A stretch of DNA of 23,599 nt from Candidatus Micrarchaeota archaeon. GTDB lineage: Archaea > Micrarchaeota > Micrarchaeia > Norongarragalinales > SBBD01. The stretch spans positions 1 to 23,599 of the forward strand of contig JBBSVW010000032.1 of the NCBI GenBank assembly GCA_038046605.1, written 5' to 3'. A program made the translations under genes and the position numbers. Below, piece by piece: positions 7,801-16,500 of the stretch; the first letter of the stretch is position 1; each line of letters begins with the position of its first letter. The notes under the pieces were generated by a model. It saw nothing but the letters and a program-made list of their open reading frames with translations. It made no database searches and had not been told where the DNA came from.

Positions 7801-10587
7801 GTAGTTGCTGCAACCGCAGCCGGCGGGCATGCCTCAGGCCCGGACTGTGATGAATATGGTACTGGCAGCATCAATGATACCGATTATGATAGGTTCATCG
7901 CAAACCTGACAAACAAATGTAATGCAGACATAGCTGGAATCAAAAGCATGTCCATAACATTTGGAGGAATCACATACTTTGGGAACCCAAAAAGCGACAT
8001 ATTCCTCACAAACAAAGCCGCCGAGATATATGCCTGGATTACTAGTGAACCCGAATTCGAGTTGCATGCAAGCAAGAAGGTTGCAGAAAGCATGAACCAC
8101 CCATTTGATTACAATATTTCTGCGGATGGAACTCTAAGTCCACGACAATATTTTGATTATACTATTACCGCTGTTGGGGATGAGATTTACAATCATCAAA
8201 CCACACAAAAGGTCGAATGCAATCTAGAAAAACCTGGGACTCTATTCAGGAAATGCGAAGAAGAAGCCTTTTGCGGAGGAGGACCTTCGAGCCCCTATGT
8301 TTTCATTAGCCCAGAAAAAAGGATTTACGATGACACAAGGGGTGACTGGAGCATTAATTCGCAGACCTTAACAAGCAGCGCCTTTGCCCTAAATATTAGG
8401 CATTGCAACCGGGGCGCATTCTTAAAAGGATTTGTAAATCTCATTTATGAAATCCCAGTTGAGGGCAACATAACTAGGGATTGGTCCAGGACTCAAACTG
8501 GAGGTCAGTTTTGGGTACAAAACGGAGAGGAAAATAAATATTTCGCGACTTATACCAAAGGATTTGGTTCGGGTCTTCCGCCAGATAATCCATTGGTTTC
8601 AATGACTTACCCAGAATCCATCCGCCTCAAGGAATACAAGCTAAAAGCGAGCAATTCCACCGTAAAACTTTCAATTAACTATACCGATAACAAAACCTAC
8701 GCAATCACTTTCTACACCGAACCCTGGACCAGCAAGAAGAATAGCTCAACAACAATCAACAAAAGTGATGAGGTAAAAAATGTCACATCCCACAACGTCA
8801 AAGCGCCGAATAATGACACAAGGTATACTGTTGCTGTTTCTTCAATTTGCTATAATTGCCCTGGCCCAGCAGTCTACCGAGATATTAATGGCGATGGAGT
8901 AGTGGAATTTGGCCAGCCCATCGCCTGGATGGATGGCTTCAACGCAACTGATGGGGGTCCGGTTGGCTATTACATGTTTTCGGCAATTGATGCCATTCCT
9001 CCAATTGCCATAATTGACAATATTACAAATTCTACCTCGAGCCCGATCAATTTATCCATTTTTGGGGATGATGTTAATTTCACCGGGCATGGGGTACCAG
9101 AGTTGAATATTACGACCTGGTGGTGGAGATCCCATAAGGAAGGAAGGCTTGGATCGATTCCCTCATTTGTCATTAATTTCCTTACGCCAGCTAATCCCCA
9201 TCTTATTTACTTTAGTGTTTATAGCAATGCCGGCTTATGGTCGCCGGAATCCCCGCTCTCAATTAGGCAATTGATTGTAAACAGGCCCCCGGTTGCCGTT
9301 ATAAATTACATTAACGGGTTCAAGGATGAAACAGGCCAATTGGTTGCGATTATGGGTGAACCAGTTGAATTCAATGGATATGGGTTTGATATTGATGGTT
9401 ATGTTGAGAATCAATCCTGGACTATTGCGGGTATTGAATATAAGAAGGGGATTGCCTCCCATACTTTTTCAAATGGCATCACTCCGCGAACCGAAAGGGT
9501 CACATTCAAGGTAAAGGACAACGTTGGAACCTGGTCAAAGGAGGTTTCACGGGAAATTCTCGTCATTAGGACTCCCGTTTTGCTCCTCCCTGATTATCTA
9601 AGGGGCAAAAAGGAGATGAGTGAATTAAAGAAATCCCTTGAAGCTAGTGGCCGAAGCGTTTACGTAGCTGATTTAGCCAAACCTGTCACGATTGATGTTG
9701 GATTTTCCTATCCCCTGAAATCCGATACATTCAAGGATTTGGCCCTTGCCTATAATATTTTCTACAGCTTCAGGGAGATATTTTTGGACCTGAAGGAAAT
9801 GAGGGCATTGGTAGGCAGCAACGATCCGGATTTCATGAAATCCTACAAGAAATTCAGGGAGAGCATGAATCATGCCAAGGACGCCCTTGAATTGCTTGAA
9901 TACAAGACAGATCAGCAGCCTCTCAAGGCCAAGATTGGAGAGCTAAATGAGGTACTGGACATAATTGACAAGAAAGTGGAGGCAGCTATTGCGGTTAAAA
10001 ACGATGTCGTTGCGCTTAAGGATAAATTTGACGAAATATTCAACTTCATACAAGACCCCGACTTTTTTGATAATTTATGGAAAGGGCTTCTAGAAAAATT
10101 CGAATTCAAGATAAATGAGATGATCCCAGCTGAAATCAAGATTTCGCCACTTAAAATTAAACTGCCAATGCCCGAAAAGGCAAAAGTTCCAATCATTGGC
10201 CTTGTAAAAACCGGGGTAATCAAGATTCCGGGCGAACTCATCGTTTACAAGGATTCCTTCACCAAAAAAATCAAGCGCGGGGATAAGGAAATAAATGCAA
10301 CACTAGGGTTTACGCTGAAAGTAAAAGACATTAAGCCCGAACTTGAAGATCTCAAAGACCTGAAACTAACCGGGAACCTTTACATTGCCGACATTACCGT
10401 AGGCATAGATCCGCCTGATTTGCCGTTCACCCTTTATCCGGATGAGATCAGGTTTGACCAGATCCCAATAGGCGGGAAGAATGGCATCATCCAAGGGACA
10501 ATTGACCTCCGCGTTGTGCTTTCGGAAAATGCAGCTGAAGGATTGACAATAACCATCGAGGGGCAGACAATTTATGCAAAGAAATGA
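4834..10587 (+). CDS. Giant secreted/surface protein A (1917 aa): signal/anchor, S/P/T linker, NosD-type beta-helix, dockerin, cohesin-like, second beta-helix, unknown domain, 2 PKD-like domains, N-terminal fragment of an alpha/beta-hydrolase, coiled-coil and beta-rich tail
   Basis: Hydrophobic N-terminus; Asn-ladder repeats ending in GTNIIGGPFLAGNYW...DGIGD...PY...GGDYAPL; GDVNNNGVVDVLD/GDINADGVYDAFD; PPVAVI...VEFNGYGFDIDG...VTFKVKDNVGTWS; many N-x-S/T sequons. Confidence 0.9.
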   Translation: MGFNRLYSLIVLVPLLLGITYLASVGTGFNLGGNPSIQADLQFASPSPIANDTPIDLVPLVNATASPSPLQTPSPTEIIFPTYEPSPSPSILPQDISSPTPDPSVFPDAPQVNSCGDVITTNLVMTNDLLLCTGNGLVVNANAIQIDCNGHTISATPQGASNTKSGILAFGKTEITIKNCKILNFYIGVNFSSVNFSYVLLSNLTGNFFGVRAINSRSITVSNNSFSNNGNMAINLVDSKTNLISSNTVKNAPSFGTYGIYVQSSNGSIVRNNSVSGMTLDGVVVIVSNSNVIDSNILFSNSQSGLAFQLDAAFNNVTNNTIRQNGRGIMISEVSSNNLISSNNITNNTNYGIDFLTSAPISNKVYNNFFSNTVNAKATGLNFWNITKTAGTNIIGGPFLAGNYWNNYNGTDTTGDGIGDNNLPYTSGAQITAGGDYAPLVLPAPFMCGDVNNNGVVDVLDVSSFRNYVYHGSSVPTNLPAGDINADGVYDAFDVALLTRLAFYGGVTCGPKGTVNSSATIILDNPIQLIAGNFSFPIRAAFNNPAEVYQVRISYNSTKLISLNTTALAPELLNRISSPGLVVYGDTNTSDPIDLYFGSANLTNALFRNLTSNLNPCNISIIGAEVADYDGRKFTNVNIVNPTLCQPPTGNLTCGSLVSASSTLTTDLLNCPGNGLVINGNNVQIDCNGHTISAATPNTGTGILSSSKTNVTIKNCKILRFNTGIDFTSTNASSMINNNLTNDFRGVLVSSSKNDTVIGNFFGDNGNIALYILLSATVTAKSNTVINGVGGGTYGIYLAAANASIIRNNTVSGMGLDALLLINSHMNLVEYNKLISNFQSGLFILQSSTLNNATNNSILQNGEGIIFYQPSTKNIIKSNNISDNIYAGIYFLDANAANNTIYDNFLSNTLNAHANGSNFWNVTKRPGINIVNGSFIAGNYWSDYFGIDTDGDFIGDTNLPHTSSGEISIGGDFAPLISNATQPFDFTWHVVAATAAGGHASGPDCDEYGTGSINDTDYDRFIANLTNKCNADIAGIKSMSITFGGITYFGNPKSDIFLTNKAAEIYAWITSEPEFELHASKKVAESMNHPFDYNISADGTLSPRQYFDYTITAVGDEIYNHQTTQKVECNLEKPGTLFRKCEEEAFCGGGPSSPYVFISPEKRIYDDTRGDWSINSQTLTSSAFALNIRHCNRGAFLKGFVNLIYEIPVEGNITRDWSRTQTGGQFWVQNGEENKYFATYTKGFGSGLPPDNPLVSMTYPESIRLKEYKLKASNSTVKLSINYTDNKTYAITFYTEPWTSKKNSSTTINKSDEVKNVTSHNVKAPNNDTRYTVAVSSICYNCPGPAVYRDINGDGVVEFGQPIAWMDGFNATDGGPVGYYMFSAIDAIPPIAIIDNITNSTSSPINLSIFGDDVNFTGHGVPELNITTWWWRSHKEGRLGSIPSFVINFLTPANPHLIYFSVYSNAGLWSPESPLSIRQLIVNRPPVAVINYINGFKDETGQLVAIMGEPVEFNGYGFDIDGYVENQSWTIAGIEYKKGIASHTFSNGITPRTERVTFKVKDNVGTWSKEVSREILVIRTPVLLLPDYLRGKKEMSELKKSLEASGRSVYVADLAKPVTIDVGFSYPLKSDTFKDLALAYNIFYSFREIFLDLKEMRALVGSNDPDFMKSYKKFRESMNHAKDALELLEYKTDQQPLKAKIGELNEVLDIIDKKVEAAIAVKNDVVALKDKFDEIFNFIQDPDFFDNLWKGLLEKFEFKINEMIPAEIKISPLKIKLPMPEKAKVPIIGLVKTGVIKIPGELIVYKDSFTKKIKRGDKEINATLGFTLKVKDIKPELEDLKDLKLTGNLYIADITVGIDPPDLPFTLYPDEIRFDQIPIGGKNGIIQGTIDLRVVLSENAAEGLTITIEGQTIYAKK
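5176..7761 (+). repeat. Internal duplication of a ~325-aa beta-helix module (5176-6153 and 6793-7761)
   Basis: Colinear protein similarity (DLLLCTGNGLV/DLLNCPGNGLV, QIDCNGHTISA, TIKNCKIL, GTYGIY, VSGM) with residual DNA identity such as AAGAATTGCAAAATATTGA in both copies. The C-terminal cap recurs in protein B at 16124-16351. Confidence 0.9.
6175..6760 (+). other. Dockerin (6175-6360) followed by a cohesin-like beta-sandwich in protein A
   Basis: Two Ca-loop/helix repeats bracketed by Cys, then FSFPIRA...YQVRISYN...ISIIGAEVADYDG, a cohesin-like pattern. Confidence 0.7.
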
Positions 10588-13500
10588 TTTGAGACCAAAA
10601 ATAGTCCTGTTATTGCTAGCCATGCTTATGCTCCTGAATATGGGGGTCGTTGATGCCTTTAAGGTGTGCTTTAGTTTTGACCCAGATTCGCCGGGTTCAT
10701 CGTGCATCCATGAGTCTATCATTCAAGAAGCATTCTCTATCAATGATAAGCCCTTTCTTAAACCGGATATAATGGAAACTATCACAGACCAACAGTGGGA
10801 AGTTGATATAGACGACCATTTTTGGGATTCGGAATATCATTTTGATGCTTGCTCATTTAGTAAATCAGTAAAAACTATTAACAAACATTACGGACTTCTT
10901 CTGGATTATCTAAATCCCGACCTACAAAATCAGATACCTGGTATTCCAGATCCGGATAAAGCTGCTATCGAATTTGGAACACTCCTCCATCCTGCCGCTG
11001 ACTTTTACGCTCATTCTAATTGGATTGAGCAAGGACAGGGAAAATTAACTCTTGTTGATAGACGTCTAAGCGAGTGGAAGGATTTATCGGGAACACTTTC
11101 CGACTATGCGATAGTAAACGGAGCTGTTTTAGTGGAGGATCTAAAGGAAGGTGACATCGTTCCGAAAAATTATAAATTAAATCCATCCTCAATTTCTGAT
11201 CCATTACATGGAAAAACATTTACCGTTACTACCCCATCGGGTGATGTAAAAAAAGGCATAATTTCTGGTTCGGCCTATGGGTCAGATCTCTGTCCAAATA
11301 GTGTAGCAATAGGGCATTGGGATGTTGGTGACTCCTTAAAACCGGGATTGGGTTTGTATTCCGGTTCTGGTGCTCCATTTGATCAAGACATAGACGAGAA
11401 CGGCTATGGAACAGGACTTAATAAAGATACGCCGGAAAGACCAGAACACTTTGCTGCAAGAGCGTGGGCAAAACTTCAAACTAAACATGAATTTTGTCGA
11501 TTACTAAGCCTAGTACAGAGAGATTATGGCGAAGCTGGTTTAAATTATATTAAAGCTGCATGGATAGAGCCATCTACTGACCTAAGCACTGTATGTAAAT
11601 GTCTTGTAATTGGCTCACAAGCAGGTAAAACTAATCAAATGTCTTCAGCTACTTCAGATGAGTCCTGCGGATCCCCAATTGCGGATGAACAAGAGGAATT
11701 GGAAGAATTCGAAAGCAATACGCGGGAAAACCAATTCACGAAATTCCCGGTTGTAAAGGTTGACATGAGCATAAGCAGTTCCGTCATTAATCTGCGGCTT
11801 TCAAACGCGCCGATTCAGGGATCAGCAAAAATTGTGGGAGAGGAAATTGACAAAATCAAAGCTGAAACAGGAGTTAAAAGGGTCGATCTGGTTGGATCGG
11901 GCATGGGCGCACTGGCAGCGCATTTCTACACGAATTATGGGTATAGGTTCGATGTGAGGAAGGAAGTCTTGATTGGAGCTTCCGTACATGGGAGCGATCT
12001 CATTAAATGGGGGCCTAAAGTTGCAAAGATTGCCATTAAAGCCCTTAGCTCAACAGTACCGGGCGGACAAATAATAAGCGCAATAGCAAATATTCTAATT
12101 GATTTAATCGTAGGAGAAGCAGGGCCTCAGATGGAGCCGCATTCCAGCTTCATAAAAAACCTCAACCTGAATGACAAGAACCCTTCACCCCTATACGCAT
12201 TGTATGATGATTATCCCGGAGAGCTTGATTTCATCAACAAAAATGTAAAATACCTCTCTATATATGGTGTTGGGCCAGCAATTGGCGATTTTTCCTTGCC
12301 TATGACCTTAACAACTTTCCATTTGATCATTCCAGGTCTTAATGAACTTGTTAGTGTACCCCTGATCTGGTTTGGGGACCTATTCACTAATACTGTTAGT
12401 GCTGATATTGATATTGATCCTAGTATTATGCCTCCTATTGTACAGATGGCAAAAGTTACCGGTTTAGATAGCCTCCACTGGTGGCTTGCAAAGAACGATG
12501 ATACAGTTAAGTGTGTGAACAGGTTCCTTGATGGTTTGCCTTGTCCTCCATTTAATGCGCTTTCCGGGCAGAGCCTTGATGGGTTTATGCAGTCGTTTGC
12601 GCAAGTGCAAACAGAGCTAGATGATATGCTAAACGGGTCCTCCTATCAAATCGTTGGGCCATTTGATGGTACGGTAAATCCGGGCAATGTCACCAACCAT
12701 ACCTTCTATTTGGATCCACTTTCGCGTGAAACATCAATCAGGCTCGAATATAACCCTGTAGATGCATTCTGGAATTACACGATTGATGATTACCAGGAAT
12801 GCTCAAATAATGTCAGCTTAAACCTGACCATGCCAAACCATACAATAATCGGTTCTTCCCAGGCAGATGGAATTAATATTAGGTATCAAGAGACCAACGG
12901 CACGATTACCTATTTCTTAAATAATTCTGTAATTCAGACTCAGACCGGCAATTGGACCCTTATTGTCAAGGGAGAAAAAGGATTTGCACATGGATATGCA
13001 AATTGTTCATTAGTTGATTATACCGCAGTCATTACTTTCAAAACGTACCTAAGGGTAGGGACAAAGAGCTATAATGAATCCTTTGAACCTGGTGATCAGG
13101 TTCCAATCATTGCAGTTGTCCAGTATAATGGGTCAGCCCGCCCAGGAGTCGACGTCAATGCGTATATAACCCAATTCTCAAACTATTCTGTCAATGGCTC
13201 TTCTGCGTTTGATACAATAAAACTTTTTGATGATGGGCTCTTAGCACATGATGATGATATAGCTGGCGATGGCATATATTCCAATAAATACCCGAATACA
13301 ATAATTCCGGACACTTATCAGGTCAATGTCGTCGCATCCGTCGATCTTAACCTGCTTGGCCTTGGGAACGAAATCGTAAACCGGTCTGTGCAAACCACAT
13401 TCGTTGTGGAAGCGCTTCCTGAATTGACCGTTTATGATTCCGAAATAATATTTTCGCAAGGCGCATTCGATGAGAAGGTGTTTATCATTGATGCCACCAT

Positions 13501-16500
13501 ACATAATCTAGGCAACGCACCGGCTAACGATACAGAAATTGAATTCAGGGCGGGAAATGATACTATTGGTTTTGATATAGTGAACGTTTCGCCACATGGT
13601 GAAGATTTTGCCTCTGTCCAATGGAATTCAACATATGGCAACCATAACATCACTGTAATTATTTCACCCTTCAATTCGTTCATGGAAAAGTCATACCTGA
13701 ATAACTCTGCATCTAAACTATTGTTTGTGGACGATTTTAATGCTCCAGTTGCTGATGCAGGGCCAAATCAAGTTGCAAGGGTAGGGGAGCCGGTATTTTT
13801 CGATGGAAGCCCCTCATTTGATGACAATGGCATAGCCAGTTACGAGTGGGATCCTGATATTGACAATGCAACTGATGGCATTATTTATGGCGTTTACAAC
13901 TCCACTCGTGGTTATTATACCTTGGGACTTCACAATGGCAGCCTTACAGTAAGGGATGAAAAGGGCAATTCAAACACCGATTACTTCAATGTAACTGTCG
14001 TTGAAGAATTCGATACGGAAGCGCCAATTGTATTTGCAGGCCTATCCCAGGTTGTTTCTGTTAGGGAACCCGTTCAATTTGATGGCAGGTCCTCCCAGGA
14101 CAACTACGGCATTGCAAGCCATGAGTGGGATATAAACATTGCTAAGGATTCTGATTTAGACAACTTAACAGATAATGATGTTGATTTGGTGACAAGGTAC
14201 CCCTATTTGGCATCGGGCTATTACGCTCCAGGAAAGTATATTGTAAAATTGACAGTCAATGATGTTGCCGGGAATGGGCCTGAATCCTATTATACTAAAG
14301 TAATAGTAAAGGAATACAAGCAGTACATATGCCTGGGAGATATGGATTGCGATACGATCCCTGATCAGGTCGATAATTGCCCAATTACATCCAATTCCGA
14401 TCAAGCAGATTTTGACAAGGACGGGAAGGGCGATGCTTGCTATTGCACCAAAATAGTGTCTGGTGGTGGGGACCTGGAGGGTGAACTTGCCACAGCTAAA
14501 TCAGGGGATGTCATCTGCCTATCCTCGTTTAGGGTTGGCAACGTAACTTTGCCGCGGGGAGACATAACTTTGGACTGTCTTGGCTATTCAATCACAGGCG
14601 ACACTACGGATACGGGCATCACTCTTGGCCCGGCAATTACAAACACCACTATTCAGAACTGCGTTGTTGATGAGCATTTCACAGGTATAAAGGCCCAGGG
14701 AGCCAATAACAAATTACTAAGGAATAAAGTACAGATAAACAACGGAACAGGCATTCAAATAATAAGCGGATCTGGCGGACGATTAGTGGACAATAAGGTT
14801 TGTGATAATGGCATAAATTCTGGCGGCAATTATGACATCACAAGCACCGGCGGCTATACCGGGGATTACAATACTTGCGATCAAACTTCAAGCTGGAATG
14901 ACCAACTCACAACTGGATGCAGATTTACTTGCAACGCATGCACCGTTCCCACAAATAACATGAATATAGTTACAAATACGGTCCTTTGCCCGGGAACGTA
15001 TGAACTTCCAAATGGAATAAACGTTGTAGCATCTAACGTATATGTAAAGTGCGATGAAACAGTGCTTGTTGGGAGCATGTCAACGACCGGCATTGATGTA
15101 ATTGGCCGAACAAACGTCAAGGTGATGGGTTGTGAGGTCAGAAACTATACAATTGGATTAAACTTCCAATATTCTGCATCATGTGAGGCATTCGACAACA
15201 AGCTATTGGAGAACACTGATGGGATATATTTGGAAGCATTGGCACCTGCCTTAACGCAAACATCCTCGGTAATCACAAACAACATGATACTAGACAATAC
15301 AATTAACGACAACCTAAGGTATGGTATTTTCGTTTACAACACTGCAAACAATGAAATTTCTGGCAATATCATGCTGAATAACCGGAATGTAAGTGCGTTC
15401 TTAAGTTCAGCTACGGCAACGGCAGTATCTAACAACCTCATGGCGAGTGGCATCCTACTTTACAGCAGTTCAAGCAGCAATGTTTCCAATAACGACATAA
15501 GCTTCCCGAATGGCGCGTATGTGGTGAATATCAGTGGTGGTTCTGGCAACATGTTTACTTCAAACGAGGTGCATGACAGCTTCCTTTATGGATTTGCAAT
15601 AAGCTCAAGCTCTAACATCTTCACCAACAACAACGTTCATGACTTGCCTATAGCCTTCTCCTTCGTTGGTGGCAGTTCCAACCAAGTAATCGGCGGGAAG
15701 ATTGAAAATATAAATGTCGGCTTAAGGATATCCAATTCAAATAACAACAGGATCCACAGGGTTGCTGTTGATGATCCTATACTAAATGGAATCGATCTAC
15801 GGGGTTCTTCAAATAACCTTGTTAATGGAAGCATTTTAGGCGTAATCACTCTAAACAAATCCAACTTCAACAATATCACCAAAAACACTGGAAGCATTGA
15901 AATGTTCGCATCAAATTCGAATAACGTCAGTGGAAACAACGCAAGCGCAGGTACAGCCGGGATTGTTTTTGATTCAAGCAACCTGAACTTAATTGTCGGG
16001 AATACGTTTGATGCAAATGATGCGGGAATAGTGGGGATAAACTCCTCCAGCAACCTGATTAGGGATAATTACATCCGGAAAAGCATTCAGGGAATCTTCC
16101 TGAATTTGTCGAACAACAACACCATCTTCAACAATTATTTCAATTCCACAATAAATGCAAACGACACCGGAACTAACTCCTGGAACCGAACCAAGCTTTT
16201 AGGTTTAAACATTATCGGCGGCCCATATTTCGGCGGCAATTTCTGGGGAGACTATAATGGCAGCGACACAGACGGGGATGGTTTAGGTAACACACTCCTA
16301 CCTTACACATCAAAAGGAGGAATCCTTAATGGCGGTGATCGCCTTCCTTTGTTGAAACTATACAGGTGCGGCGACCTCAACAATGACGGCGTCCACAATG
16401 TGCTGGACGTGGTGCTGATCATTAATGTTGCGTTCCGTGGCGCGCCTGCGCCCGAACCGTCCTGGATAGCGGATTTGAACGGGGATGCAGTCACCAATGT

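Noticed and set aside
10553-10587. Programmed frameshift or sequencing error fusing A and B
   Set aside because: No canonical slippery heptamer, and B has its own SD-like site, ATG and a convincing signal peptide. Not fully excluded without reads.
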